Shown: piece after piece, positions 42,964 to 53,632 of the stretch
Numbering within the stretch: position 1 is the stretch's first letter
Layout of the letters: every line of letters begins with the position of its first letter
Assembly: GCA_025057415.1 (NCBI GenBank)
Contig: JANWXI010000001.1
Span: forward strand, 6,415 to 70,414
Direction: 5' to 3'
DNA length: 64,000 bases
Source: Chitinophagales bacterium
GTDB taxonomy: Bacteria > Bacteroidota > Bacteroidia > Chitinophagales > LD1
Notes under the pieces: generated by a model
Databases searched by the model: none
Told to the model about the DNA's origin: nothing
What the model saw: only the letters and a program-made list of their open reading frames with translations
Program-made: the position numbers and the translations under genes

Positions 42964-44661
42964 ATGAAAAAACTAAAACTATTCTTTCTTGCTATTACCG
43001 GATGCAATTTAATATTTGCGCAAACCCCGTTTGAGCGAGTTTACACCATACTCAACACAAAGTGTCAAAATGCCAATTGCCACAGCTCAACCTCTAACGA
43101 CTTTCCGAAATTTGACGGTAACTTAGATGATGTTTACGCCGCTATTTACAATGTTCCCCCGCAAAACACAACGGCAAAAAACAAGTTTGAGAAACTAGTT
43201 AAACCTGGTCACCCTTACATGAGCTTCTTGCTTCGCAAAATTGCCGGTGCCGGCTTTGACACCGACCTGGCTCTTGAAAACAGCGAGGGCCAATTGATGA
43301 AAGACATCAACGGCAACGTTCTTTCAAACAAAGAGATTGAGTTCATCAGGCAGTGGATAATGTTCAGCGCTAAGAAGAACTACGGCAACAACGACTTTAA
43401 ACCTGATTGGCAGTTAGTGAGTGATTACTACGACAATCCTGTCAACCCCTTTCTCCCTAAACCGCCTAAACCGGCACCCGGTACCGGCTTGCAGTTTCGG
43501 ATGGGGCCGATCTTCTTACCGGCTACCGGAGAGATAGAGCAGGAGTGGTTGCTGCAGCAGGAAGTGAATTTTCCCTATCTGCCGGAGGTGTATCGTATTG
43601 ATGGTTTCATGAACCAGCAATCGCATCATTTCCTTTTGTTCAAATTTGAGGACTCTTCGGCTGTGGATAGAAACAGCAACGACCCTATGGGCATGCAAAA
43701 AGTTTCTATCACCGGCGGTAGCACTTCGTTTGACGGAGACAAATTTCTCACAAGCGCCTGGCAGGATGATGCTGAGTTTCTGTTGCCTCAAAATACAGCG
43801 CTCTTCTGGGAGCAGAAGACCTACCTGGATATGAATTACCATATAAAAAACTACAATGCCACTGGTGTGTTGCCGTGTGACTTCTACTACAACATTTATT
43901 TCCGTCCGCGCAATCCCAATACAATTGAAATGAAAGCACACCTGGCGAATGACGTTACTTTGTTCCTGCCCCAGGGTGTGCAATCCAACGACTTTGAAGA
44001 CCCCGCCAATTCCCTTATCACTCCTGAATGGCGGTACTTGTGGCTTATTACATCTCACACACACAAATACGGCATTGACTTTGACATCTTTATTAAAGAT
44101 AGCTTAGGCAATATTGGTGAACAGATTTATGAGGGCTTCATGAATTATACCACAGGCGAGATGAGTAATTACTACGACTGGGAGCACCCTTCCGTTCGGT
44201 ACTTTCCTGATTTTCTGCCTGTAAAATTTGGACGTCATGGCACAAAACGAGCGGGTCTGTTATCGCGGGCAAAATGGAACATTCAGGAACCCTTTGTCAC
44301 TTTTGGCTTTACTACCGATGACGAGATGCACCTCTTCTACTACTTCTACACCAGTGAAAACCCGCTTGCCACCTCTTCCGTCAACAATCCCGATGCCAGC
44401 AAGCTCTCATTGCAGGTTTATCCCAACCCGATGACCGGACATGGCACAGTGATGTACCATTTAGAAAAAGACGCAAAAAAGGTTTCTATCCGCATTACCG
44501 ACTTAACAGGTAAGGTAATTGCATCCTTCGATGAAACATTCCAACCGGCCGGCTTGCAACAACAGCCACTTGACTTGCAGGGTATAGCCGATGGCGTATA
44601 TCTGGTACATGTAAATGTTGACGGAAACCTGTACACCAGCAAATTTATAGTAGCTAAGTAA
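42964..44661 (+). CDS. T9SS type A cargo with copper type II (PHM/DBH-like) monooxygenase domain and N-terminal CX4CH motif
   Basis: CQNANCH; SHHFLL, NYH, SHTHKYG, DEM; YPNP..G.YLV..SKFIV CTD. Promoter-like TAAGTTTG at 42930-42937. Confidence 0.72.
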   Translation: MKKLKLFFLAITGCNLIFAQTPFERVYTILNTKCQNANCHSSTSNDFPKFDGNLDDVYAAIYNVPPQNTTAKNKFEKLVKPGHPYMSFLLRKIAGAGFDTDLALENSEGQLMKDINGNVLSNKEIEFIRQWIMFSAKKNYGNNDFKPDWQLVSDYYDNPVNPFLPKPPKPAPGTGLQFRMGPIFLPATGEIEQEWLLQQEVNFPYLPEVYRIDGFMNQQSHHFLLFKFEDSSAVDRNSNDPMGMQKVSITGGSTSFDGDKFLTSAWQDDAEFLLPQNTALFWEQKTYLDMNYHIKNYNATGVLPCDFYYNIYFRPRNPNTIEMKAHLANDVTLFLPQGVQSNDFEDPANSLITPEWRYLWLITSHTHKYGIDFDIFIKDSLGNIGEQIYEGFMNYTTGEMSNYYDWEHPSVRYFPDFLPVKFGRHGTKRAGLLSRAKWNIQEPFVTFGFTTDDEMHLFYYFYTSENPLATSSVNNPDASKLSLQVYPNPMTGHGTVMYHLEKDAKKVSIRITDLTGKVIASFDETFQPAGLQQQPLDLQGIADGVYLVHVNVDGNLYTSKFIVAK

Positions 44662-44692
44662 TCTCGCTACAATCGCAAAACTACCCGATTGA

Positions 44693-44723
44693 AAATGCCA
44701 GCCCTGAGGTTGGCATTTGTTTT
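44693..44723 (+). terminator. Intrinsic terminator
   Basis: AAATGCCAGCC-CTGA-GGTTGGCATTT followed by GTTTT. Confidence 0.7.
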
Positions 44724-44761
44724 AAATATGACCTTAATTCTGTGGAGTCGCCAGTTGCGGA

Positions 44762-45028
44762 TTATTCAATAAATTTTTTACGGGCATGTTCATATACAGG
44801 CACAGCTTCGCGGTACGATTTAAACCATAAAATACGATGAAGCGGGGGCTGATACTGTAGCGACTCATCGCTGAGGGCAGGGTCATCAGCCCGGCAGTGA
44901 AGCGCAATGCCGCTCAGAATACTCACGGGCACGGCTTGCAATACCACACAGAAGTCGTCTCCGTGTTTTTCGAGCGAGAGCAATAATCCTTTGCCGTTGT
45001 TTTCGCTTTGCCGGATAATTCTTGTCAT
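44762..45028 (-). CDS. Small hypothetical protein
   Basis: 88-aa ORF from ATG 45028 filling the gap downstream of the helicase; no recognised motif. Confidence 0.45.
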   Translation of the reverse strand: MTRIIRQSENNGKGLLLSLEKHGDDFCVVLQAVPVSILSGIALHCRADDPALSDESLQYQPPLHRILWFKSYREAVPVYEHARKKFIE

Positions 45029-45133
45029 GATGGTTTGCTTTAGCAAAAGCAAACATACCTGTGCAGTACGCAATGGAAATGCGCAGAAAAAATAACTCCA
45101 AACATCATCCGTAATCAGGGACACATTCCCATT

Positions 45134-47332
45134 TCAGCGGAATTCACCATAACCCAACGAAGCAAGCACCATCCGGATATCAGACGGGTCATAAAGGTTG
45201 CCAAACTTACTCATAGCAGCGGAAACAGTTTTTTCTTCGTTTGTCTGATAAAATTGGCGGAGGGGTTGAACCACATCGGGTGGCAATACCTCCTCCAGCC
45301 GAATTTCCCCTTTTTGTATCCATCGGGCGATATGGCCCTTGACTGTACTCACCGCAAGCCCGCGGATAGCAGCTATTTCGTGCGCGTCTTTACCCTGCCG
45401 ATGCAGCAACAGCGTATCCTCATACGTAGCTCCTTTTTTGCGCTTTGCTTCCGTAACGGACGACTTCACCACGTGGAGGTTTTGCTGCGCAAACACGGCT
45501 TCGCGGGGGTACAGGCGTTCACCTAAATATGTTGCACCATACAGTTGCTCTATTTTTATCTGGAAGTTGCGTTGCATGACTTGTAAACGCTGCACGTATC
45601 CCTTCACTTTTGTTTTGTATGCCAGTGAGTTGATGTGTGCTTGTACAGGTTCTACCAGCCGGGTAAAGATTTGCTCTGTAAAGTAGGCGATGGCTTTTTC
45701 GCAGCGCTCCAGCAGTTGGGGATGCACCGGAACTGACCGTCCGTAGCGGTGCAATAGCCCGGTGAGTTGAGCGGCAAATTTCTCACCGGTTTCGATTATT
45801 TCATCAAGTGTCCGAATCGTGTCATCCAGCAACTGTAAAGCAGATTCTTTATCCGGAAGATCTTTTCCCCACAGGTCGTCTTTCCATTCGTTCACTTTAA
45901 AGCGCAGCGGTCCGAAGTCAAATAATTTTTTAAGACGTTCATGCGCGTATTCGGCTTTGGCAATTTCCAGCATCACGCGCAAATCATCAGCCGTGTGGAG
46001 TTCTTCATCAAATTGTAAAATGCGCTCATCGGCATGCAAAGCGCGTTGCGTAATGAGTGATTGCAATACTATCCCCTCTAACGTGCGACAGCGCGACAGC
46101 GCCACATACACCTGCCCGGGCGCAAACGACTGGGCTGCGTCAATTACCACTTTATCAAACGTAAGACCCTGACTTTTATGGATGGTAACCGCCCATGCCA
46201 AACGGAGCGGGTATTGTGTAAAGGTTCCTATCTGTTTACTTTCAATACGGTCGTATTGTTCGTTGTAATGATAATTGATGTTTTCCCACACTACCGGCTT
46301 TAGAAGGTACTCCTCGTTATTATCATGAAATCTCACCACCAGTCCTTCTTCCTCAACGCTGCAAATGTCAGCGAGCTTACCGTTGTAGTATTTGTTTCCT
46401 GAAGTGTCGTTGCGTGTAAACATAACCTGAGCGCCCGGCTTCAGTACAAGGGTTTTATCACACGGATACAGGTGCTCCGGAAAATCCCCGCTGATTTCTG
46501 CCTCAAATACATACTCCGGTGTATTCAGTTTGCGCAACGCTGCTTCATTGGCAGCTTGTGCTTTGTAATTGTGTGTGGTTAGCAAAATATAGCCCGGCTC
46601 TGATGTGCGAAAACCGGGTACGTACCGTGTTTTCAGTAACTCATAATCTTCAGCACTTAAGTGATGATGACGTATGTTATGGAGCAGTTGTAAGAACCGC
46701 TCATCGTTCTGCCGGAATATGTTTTTCAACTCAATTTGTACAGCATCCAGTTTTGGCCACACCTGTGCGTCAAAAAAATAGGGCGATGCGTAATAATGCT
46801 GCAGCACCTCCCATTCATTGTCTTTAACCACCGGGGGTAACTGGTATAAATCTCCAATCAAAATGACCTGCACCCCTCCGAACGGACGTTCATCGCTGCG
46901 CACCGTGCGCATGACAAAGTCCACGGCATCGAGCAAATCAGCCCGCACCATACTTGCTTCATCAATGATGAGTTGTTCCAACTCGCGTAATACCTGGCGT
47001 TTTTCTTTGCTCATGCGCATGCGTTGCAGCAAAGCTCTCCGGTTAGTAACCGAGTTTAGGTCAACCCACTCGTTTGATGGTACAAACGGCGTTAGCGGCA
47101 GGTTGAATTGCGAATGGAGGGTTACACCGCCTGCGTTCACCGCAGCCACCCCTGTAGGAGCCGCTACGAGAAACTTCCTGTCGGAGTGTTTTGTGAAGTG
47201 GCGAAGCAGTGTGGTTTTGCCGCTACCGGCTCTGCCCGTCAAAAACACGTGCCGGTTTGTATGCAGTACAAATTCCGTAGCAATATCGTATTCCTCACAC
47301 CGCACAGCGGGCGAATGTAATAAATACCCCAT
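45134..47332 (-). CDS. PIF1/RecD-like SF1B helicase with C-terminal HTH
   Basis: TGRAGSGKT, AAPTGVAA, IIDEASM, GDLYQLPPV, WAVTIHKSQG, YVALSR; HTH EIAAIRGLAVSTVKGH. Confidence 0.92.
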   Translation of the reverse strand: MGYLLHSPAVRCEEYDIATEFVLHTNRHVFLTGRAGSGKTTLLRHFTKHSDRKFLVAAPTGVAAVNAGGVTLHSQFNLPLTPFVPSNEWVDLNSVTNRRALLQRMRMSKEKRQVLRELEQLIIDEASMVRADLLDAVDFVMRTVRSDERPFGGVQVILIGDLYQLPPVVKDNEWEVLQHYYASPYFFDAQVWPKLDAVQIELKNIFRQNDERFLQLLHNIRHHHLSAEDYELLKTRYVPGFRTSEPGYILLTTHNYKAQAANEAALRKLNTPEYVFEAEISGDFPEHLYPCDKTLVLKPGAQVMFTRNDTSGNKYYNGKLADICSVEEEGLVVRFHDNNEEYLLKPVVWENINYHYNEQYDRIESKQIGTFTQYPLRLAWAVTIHKSQGLTFDKVVIDAAQSFAPGQVYVALSRCRTLEGIVLQSLITQRALHADERILQFDEELHTADDLRVMLEIAKAEYAHERLKKLFDFGPLRFKVNEWKDDLWGKDLPDKESALQLLDDTIRTLDEIIETGEKFAAQLTGLLHRYGRSVPVHPQLLERCEKAIAYFTEQIFTRLVEPVQAHINSLAYKTKVKGYVQRLQVMQRNFQIKIEQLYGATYLGERLYPREAVFAQQNLHVVKSSVTEAKRKKGATYEDTLLLHRQGKDAHEIAAIRGLAVSTVKGHIARWIQKGEIRLEEVLPPDVVQPLRQFYQTNEEKTVSAAMSKFGNLYDPSDIRMVLASLGYGEFR

Positions 47333-47592
47333 GTTGAACTCCGTTTAAGATATCTGCGCAGCGATGCGTCTGCATATTCAACAAGCAACCCTTGCTTGCA
47401 CCGATGCAAGTACACATGCATTTACGTATTTTTATGTAGATCTTTGCTGTAAACTGGTGTTTGGCTTGTATGAATAAACTATATATCCGCCTTAACAATC
47501 ATGATTGGCTTTACAACGCAAACCTATTGGTATTCATCTTTAAAAAGTGTAATTTTGGAATACATTTGCTTAAACCAAGGCAATTATCTGTG

Positions 47593-49080
47593 ATGAAAAA
47601 TATTTTCAGTGCATTTTTTATAGGGGCATGTACTTTGAACGCTTTCTCACAGGCGTTATTTTACAATAATAATGCCCGTATCTATGTAAAAGATGGCGGA
47701 TTCATGATTGTCCGCACAAACTCCCTGCAAAACGATGGTAATGCAGGTGGCGCTATTGATAATATGGGTACGATTGTAGTGGAAGGGAATATCATCAATA
47801 ACTCCAGTATTCATGCTGTTGGGGATACCATACGCCTGAGTGGCGATTGGATAAACAACGGCTCTTACACGGCAACTAACAGTTGGGTAGAGATGAACGG
47901 AGCTACTCAACTCATCACCGGTTCCAATCCCACAAATTTTGATAATTTGAGTTTACTGGGAGGGAATAGCACGAAAAGACAAACGCTCAACGCGTTAGTT
48001 AAAAACGAGCTCCGCCTGAATGATGCTGAGCTTGCCACAGATGTTCACGTCATGCACGTGGATAACCCTGCAGTAAATTCCGTTACGCGCAACTCCGGCT
48101 TTGTAAGTTCTGTGGGCGCAGGCAGGTTTACTCGTACCACTAACTCAAGCGCTGCTTACTTGTTCCCTACCGGGTCACCGTCCTATTTAAACCCTCCCTC
48201 AATTTTTCGTCCGGTAATCATAACACCCGCCAGCAACACACTCAACTATTATTCGGCAACACTGGTAAAAGGCGATGCCTCAGCCGATGGATGGAATGTG
48301 AATACAACCGATGATGTTCTATGTTTGGTAAACCCCAACTTTTATCACCGGCTCTATCAGTTGTACGATAACAACAGCGCCTCTATTACGATGCACTATG
48401 CGCCTGCCACAGATGGCGATTGGACCGACCAGGCACATTGGGACACCCCAAATCGTTGGAATCACCTCGGCTCGCCCACATCAGGCAACGGACTGGGTTT
48501 CAGCACAGTTACCGTCAATGGCGTCAGTGATTTTCAACCCGAGCCCTTTGCCCTGGCGCGCAAAAAATTTACGTTGGAATTAGGCCCCGACATTCAAATT
48601 ACGCAAGGTGAAAGCGTAACACTACAACCCACCCATACGGCCGTAAATGTAGCTTCGTATAACTGGACCCCCCCCGTTGCCATCAGTTGTACAGATTGCG
48701 AAAAACCCACCGTTAGCCCCTCAGCCAATACGCAATATGTACTTACCATGGCAGATGATGCGGGGTGTACAGCTACCGATGCCGTAAATATTATCGTCAA
48801 TAACCCGATGTTACTCATGCCCACAGCTTTTTCACCTAACGGGGATGGCGTAAATGACAAATTCCGTGCTCTCAACAAGGACCTCACCGAATATACCTTG
48901 CAGATTTACAATCGGTGGGGCGAGCTCGTATTTGAAACCACCGACCCAACAGATGGCTGGGATGGAACATATAAAGACATCGAACAGCCCCTTGGGGTAT
49001 ATGTGTGGACCTGCCGGTACCGCATAAGCGGTCAGCCCAAAGCCGTTACTGCAAAAGGCAACGTTACGTTAATGCGTTGA
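47593..49080 (+). CDS. Secreted protein with T9SS type B CTD (gliding motility-associated C-terminal domain)
   Basis: Signal peptide from ATG 47593 after promoter-like TACATTTG (47561-47568); PTAFSPNGDGVNDKF...IYNRWGELVF...GWDGT. Confidence 0.88.
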   Translation: MKNIFSAFFIGACTLNAFSQALFYNNNARIYVKDGGFMIVRTNSLQNDGNAGGAIDNMGTIVVEGNIINNSSIHAVGDTIRLSGDWINNGSYTATNSWVEMNGATQLITGSNPTNFDNLSLLGGNSTKRQTLNALVKNELRLNDAELATDVHVMHVDNPAVNSVTRNSGFVSSVGAGRFTRTTNSSAAYLFPTGSPSYLNPPSIFRPVIITPASNTLNYYSATLVKGDASADGWNVNTTDDVLCLVNPNFYHRLYQLYDNNSASITMHYAPATDGDWTDQAHWDTPNRWNHLGSPTSGNGLGFSTVTVNGVSDFQPEPFALARKKFTLELGPDIQITQGESVTLQPTHTAVNVASYNWTPPVAISCTDCEKPTVSPSANTQYVLTMADDAGCTATDAVNIIVNNPMLLMPTAFSPNGDGVNDKFRALNKDLTEYTLQIYNRWGELVFETTDPTDGWDGTYKDIEQPLGVYVWTCRYRISGQPKAVTAKGNVTLMR

Positions 49081-49202
49081 TTACCCTGTTGCCCCACGTA
49101 GTTTCAAGCTGTTTTCATACAAGATTTTTCGCGTATTACGCAAGAGCTAATGGCGATAGAATTGGCCTGCGCGCGTGAGTTTTTCCGTTAAAAAAGGGGG
49201 AT

Positions 49203-50441
49203 TTAATTTTTACCGGCAACTGCGTCTTTGCCGATAACGGCTTCCCCTTCCTGCGGTGTGATACCCGTTTTTTCTCCGCTTTCTACTTTTGAATAAAGTA
49301 CATAGCCAAACGGGTCCACTTCTTTGGCAAAACCGCGTACAAATGTTACATTAGAAAAATCGCCAATATATAATGTGCCGTTGGGGCGGCTGAGTTCTCC
49401 GTATCCTTTGCGTTGTCCGTTGATGACCCGTCCGCGGTACACATCACCGTTCAGTTCGGTTGTTTGTATGAATCCGTTGGTGAGTTTATCATCCGTAAAG
49501 TAACCCATCTGGTAGTTTCCGTTTGGCATGGTGAGTTTTCCCAGTCCGTTAAAACGTCCGTGCACCATATAACCACAGTAGGTGCCAGCGGCGGTGTTCA
49601 CCAGCACGATACCGCGCAGAAAGACCCCTTTCTCAAATGCGCCATAGTACACATTGCCGTCCTCCACCATAATACCGCGTCCATACAAACGGCCGTTTTT
49701 CTTATCACCCGCAAATTTTTTACCGGTGATTGCCGATGGCTCTGCTCCGAAATTTTCTTTGGTGAGTTTGGTAAGTAAACGATGAAACTCGTTGATGGAG
49801 TCGCGCTGTTGTTCTTCTATTTTCTGTGCGGCGGCACGCATTTTTGTAATGACCAATTTCAAAGAATACTCTTCGCGCTCCTCATCCGAAATGGGTCTGG
49901 CGCGCATTTGCTGGCGGGCCAGCGCCGGGTTGCTGCGGATTAACCGGTTTACTGCTTCAGCATGTTTGCGTAAACGTACCTTGTTCAGCGGATCCAGCGT
50001 GATAATAAAATTACCCGCAAATCGCAGTTGGTGCAATATCGGATAATCCATGACTGAGTCGGCAAATGACAACAGATACGTGTAGCGGGCTACCTGATTA
50101 AAAACCGTATCTAAATTATTGACATCGCAGAAAATGAGTCCGCTTTTATCGCGCTCGTACTTAACGGCTAATTGATCCTGCAGCCCGTTTGTTTGTTTTA
50201 CTTGTACAAAAAGGTAGTTTTTCTGCCGGTCGTGCGAGAGCGTAATTGTGTGGGTTTGGTTGAGGTCGTTATCAAATACCTTATACACGGTTTGAAATGA
50301 GTGCCGGCTGAACTGAATTTGCGTGCGGTCGTAGTAAATATGACCCTGTTGCCTGCCATCGTTGAGTTTGCCGCTGAAATATTCCTGGCCCCAAGCCGTT
50401 GCCGGCAGCAGCCACACCCAAAAATATATTATATTTTTCAT
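49203..50441 (-). CDS. Secreted MORN-repeat protein
   Basis: Signal peptide; C-terminal Y.G.F..G..NGLGKL..PNG..., YRG...NGQRKGYGEL repeats. Confidence 0.75.
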   Translation of the reverse strand: MKNIIYFWVWLLPATAWGQEYFSGKLNDGRQQGHIYYDRTQIQFSRHSFQTVYKVFDNDLNQTHTITLSHDRQKNYLFVQVKQTNGLQDQLAVKYERDKSGLIFCDVNNLDTVFNQVARYTYLLSFADSVMDYPILHQLRFAGNFIITLDPLNKVRLRKHAEAVNRLIRSNPALARQQMRARPISDEEREEYSLKLVITKMRAAAQKIEEQQRDSINEFHRLLTKLTKENFGAEPSAITGKKFAGDKKNGRLYGRGIMVEDGNVYYGAFEKGVFLRGIVLVNTAAGTYCGYMVHGRFNGLGKLTMPNGNYQMGYFTDDKLTNGFIQTTELNGDVYRGRVINGQRKGYGELSRPNGTLYIGDFSNVTFVRGFAKEVDPFGYVLYSKVESGEKTGITPQEGEAVIGKDAVAGKN

Positions 50442-50459
50442 ATATTATTTAGTTATTAT

Positions 50460-51587
50460 TTATTCGCAGTTTGTACCGTCTATTTTTAAAAACTTTCCTG
50501 CCGGCGTGTAGTACAAATAGGGCGATGCCACGTAGCTGTTGTCACCCTGCGCCACGCGCAGCGTGCACTTGTATTTGACGGTTCCGGAAGAGAGCTGCTC
50601 TATCAACACAGGAGGTGAAACGCTGCGTACTTCTTCAATGCTGCGAATGGTAATATCGCAGCCACTGATTTTTTTCCCTACTACATCCTGGGCAACCCGC
50701 TCGCCCGTTAACCGGAACGGCTCTGTGGTATTGGTCGTTGCCGGAATATCCGTTTTGGGAGTTTCTTTTCGGTTCTCTTTTACAGTGGGGGAAGCGGGTG
50801 TAACCGGGCCGAGGGTATCGGGTGCGGCAGCGCCCGGAGCGTTCATAGCCAATTGGGCGGAGTGGTTCTTCACCTGTTCATTCAGCCCGAGATTTTTTAA
50901 GTGGTAATACAGCCATGCTGCCAGTATCAATATTGCCGGCAATGCAATTAAAAACGGTTTCAGGTGGGTGGCTGGTCCGGCTTGTTTGGTTTGCGGGGGA
51001 GGGGGAAGTGTATTTTCCCTCTCGGGTGTAATTTTCGTATGCGTATGGGCGGGCGTATCCGGCAATTCAACTACGGGTGGGGGAGGAGCCGGCGCCGCGA
51101 AATTTTTGACTTGTGCATTTTTGTGAGCCAGTTCCTCCAATTCTTTTTTAAGGCGCTTGTTTTCCTCCTCCAGATGCTGAATTTCTTCGCGCACTTCGTT
51201 TACGATTTGTAACGTGACCTGTTTGTGACGCTCCGCTTCCTGCTTTACGTGGTGGATTTCCTCTTTTAATTGGGCTTCCGCTTTGCGGCGCTCTTCCTGT
51301 TCCAGTCGCAGTTGTTCGCGCGCAATGGCTTCTATGCGCATGCGCTCTTCTTCTTCGGCTCTCCGGCGTATCTCCTCCTGGCGCAGAAACTCTTCCTGCT
51401 CTTTCTCCTTTTCTTGCAGTTCGCGCTCTATGCGCTCCTTTTCGGCACGGAGCTTCTCTATGTCATGCGCCTGGTCAGCCAGGATAGAAAAGGACTGTAC
51501 GAAGAAGGGATTCACCTGACCGCATTCACCGCAGTAGCGTTTGCTCAGTTCAAGTTGTGCTCCGCACGTACCGCAAAATTTTTTCAT
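50460..51587 (-). CDS. Zinc-ribbon, coiled-coil, Pro-rich, single-TM membrane protein
   Basis: FCGTCG...YCGECG, E/R/K-rich coiled coil, PPPP linkers, TM FLIALPAILILAAWLYY and a Cys-containing C-terminal domain. Confidence 0.75.
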   Translation of the reverse strand: MKKFCGTCGAQLELSKRYCGECGQVNPFFVQSFSILADQAHDIEKLRAEKERIERELQEKEKEQEEFLRQEEIRRRAEEEERMRIEAIAREQLRLEQEERRKAEAQLKEEIHHVKQEAERHKQVTLQIVNEVREEIQHLEEENKRLKKELEELAHKNAQVKNFAAPAPPPPVVELPDTPAHTHTKITPERENTLPPPPQTKQAGPATHLKPFLIALPAILILAAWLYYHLKNLGLNEQVKNHSAQLAMNAPGAAAPDTLGPVTPASPTVKENRKETPKTDIPATTNTTEPFRLTGERVAQDVVGKKISGCDITIRSIEEVRSVSPPVLIEQLSSGTVKYKCTLRVAQGDNSYVASPYLYYTPAGKFLKIDGTNCE

Positions 51588-51773
51588 TATCGTGTCGGCT
51601 ATACGTGGTACAGGATGCCCGCTGAATTATGCAAGTGGTCTAAGCCATACCGCTTACAGAAGAGGGCATACTGTCACGGCTGAAAATTACAGGGTCATTC
51701 AGATACCATTCGCGGCCGAGGGATGTAAAGTATCCACCGGGTGCGTGCAAGTGTTCAGTATAGTTTGCAGGGG

Positions 51774-53543
51774 CTATTTCCCTTTCAGGGTAAAATAGAA
51801 GTTACTGCCCGAGCCGGGTAAACTTTCTACCCAAATTTCTCCTCCGTGCATGTCGGTAATCTTTTTGCATATAGCCAGCCCGATGCCGTTGCCCGGGTAT
51901 TCGTCCACGCGGTTGAGCCGCTCAAATATGTGAAAAATGCGCTGGTAGTATTTTTTGGAAATACCGATGCCGTTATCGCGTACGCAGAAAATGATGTTAC
52001 CTTCAAACTTATCAAAACCGATATCAATCACCGGGCGGCGGTCTTTTTTGCGAAACTTCAGCGCGTTTTCAATCAGCGAAAACAGGAGTTTTTCCACCAG
52101 TTCTTTGTCGGCCGTTACATCGGGTAACTCGGCATGGCTAACCTCAGCGTTTGCGGCATCTAATTGCGGTTTGAGTTGCTGCAATACATCGCTGAGCGCC
52201 TGTTTCATGGATACTTTGGTTAGTTGCGGTACGTAGGTATTGAGACCAATGTAGGTTTTCAAATCAGATAGCAGCCGCTCCATGCGCTCGGCACTTTGCC
52301 GGGCATAGGCGGCGTATTCCATCGCTTCTGTGTATTTTTTAGCGCTCAGTTTATCACTTAACAGTTGCACGTAGTTGAGTATAGTGCGCACCGGTTCGCG
52401 TAAATCATGCGAAGCAATATGCAGCACATCATCGGTGCTGAATTTTTCAGAATCAGTTCGCAGGTTCGGAACGCCGGCATCAGCGGGATTTTGGAGCGGG
52501 GTAAACGTAATCAGTTGATGATAAGCTCCGTCAATGTGTATAGGCAAGATGCGAAACAAGACCCTGACCGTAGCGCCATCCGGCAGGCGGATGCTCCCCT
52601 CCGATTTTTTTTCTGCCAAAAGGTGCTGAATATTTACACTGGCGGGCGACTCGTTGTTTATTTCAAACAAAGTTGAAGGCGAAACTGAAGTAAGCTGCCG
52701 CTGATTTAATTTGAGAAGTTCCTGTGCCGGGCGGTTGGCAAATACCACTTTGTCGCCCTGCAGTAGTACGACATTTTCGTTGAGATGATGAAGAAGTGAC
52801 TGCACATGTTTGTCAAGTATAGCGGGTGGTGTAGAGGGCAACTCACGATAATCCACTACAAATACGTTACACGGTTCACCGTTCCACTGAATGGGGCTTA
52901 CGGTAATATGCAAACTCCACCGTTCATCAGCTTGTAGGGTGATTTTTTCTGACTCTGTCAATAACTCGCGGTAAACTAGTATTTCGGTAAGCCGTTTTTT
53001 CAGCGTGTCATCACTCAACAACCCATGCATGTATGTGTTAGCGTACCGGACGGCATTGTGGGAGTTCAGCACCAACACTCCCTGTTGCAAACGGTTTATG
53101 ATGGCGTAGAAGGACTCATGTTGGGCGGCAAAATCATGAAAGGTTTCGTCAAGCCGGTTTTCGGCTTCGGTAAGCCGCAGTACACCGGCAATGGTTTTCT
53201 GCAGGTGAAAAAGATTAATTTTATTCTTAATAATATATTCCACAGCGCCGGCCGTTCTGGCGATTGCCCTGGCCTCTTCGGTTTGCATACCGCTGAGCAA
53301 AATCACCGGTATTTTTTGGCGCTCAACGGTGCTGCGCAATTCCGAAAAGCCCGGCGCGCCGGTTAAGGAAGCGTCCAGCAGGATGAGGTCGGGTTGGCGA
53401 AAGCGGAGAAAATTAAGAGCATCATCGGGTGCGGAAACGTGGCTCACAGAGAAAGCATAAGCGCTTGCTTTCAGAAAGCGCTGTATATCACCGGCGCTTT
53501 GCTCATCGGCATCCAGCAGTAAAATCGTTTTGGGGTGCTCCAC
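51774..53543 (-). CDS. Hybrid sensor kinase (REC-PAS-HisKA-HATPase)
   Basis: Receiver PDLILLD..IPVILLS..YIIK; IASHDLREP, ENALKF, DNGIGI, GNGIGLA. GTG 53543 chosen to avoid overlap with yciH. Confidence 0.88.
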   Translation of the reverse strand: MEHPKTILLLDADEQSAGDIQRFLKASAYAFSVSHVSAPDDALNFLRFRQPDLILLDASLTGAPGFSELRSTVERQKIPVILLSGMQTEEARAIARTAGAVEYIIKNKINLFHLQKTIAGVLRLTEAENRLDETFHDFAAQHESFYAIINRLQQGVLVLNSHNAVRYANTYMHGLLSDDTLKKRLTEILVYRELLTESEKITLQADERWSLHITVSPIQWNGEPCNVFVVDYRELPSTPPAILDKHVQSLLHHLNENVVLLQGDKVVFANRPAQELLKLNQRQLTSVSPSTLFEINNESPASVNIQHLLAEKKSEGSIRLPDGATVRVLFRILPIHIDGAYHQLITFTPLQNPADAGVPNLRTDSEKFSTDDVLHIASHDLREPVRTILNYVQLLSDKLSAKKYTEAMEYAAYARQSAERMERLLSDLKTYIGLNTYVPQLTKVSMKQALSDVLQQLKPQLDAANAEVSHAELPDVTADKELVEKLLFSLIENALKFRKKDRRPVIDIGFDKFEGNIIFCVRDNGIGISKKYYQRIFHIFERLNRVDEYPGNGIGLAICKKITDMHGGEIWVESLPGSGSNFYFTLKGK

Positions 53544-53632
53544 GGTGTGGGGGCAATATAATCGGCTTTTATGTAAATGGCAAGAGGCAACACAGGTTGT
53601 ATATGGTGGATAAACGGAAATTGCTGGGGGTT

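Noticed and set aside
36672..44661. Integrative island at tRNA-Gly
   Set aside because: No integrase and no duplicated tRNA 3' end found by eye; only mild AT-richness.
45134..47332. PIF1-like helicase as the trans-acting factor for the elements
   Set aside because: Common Bacteroidota gene, about 10 kb from the nearest copy, with no sequence evidence of a link.
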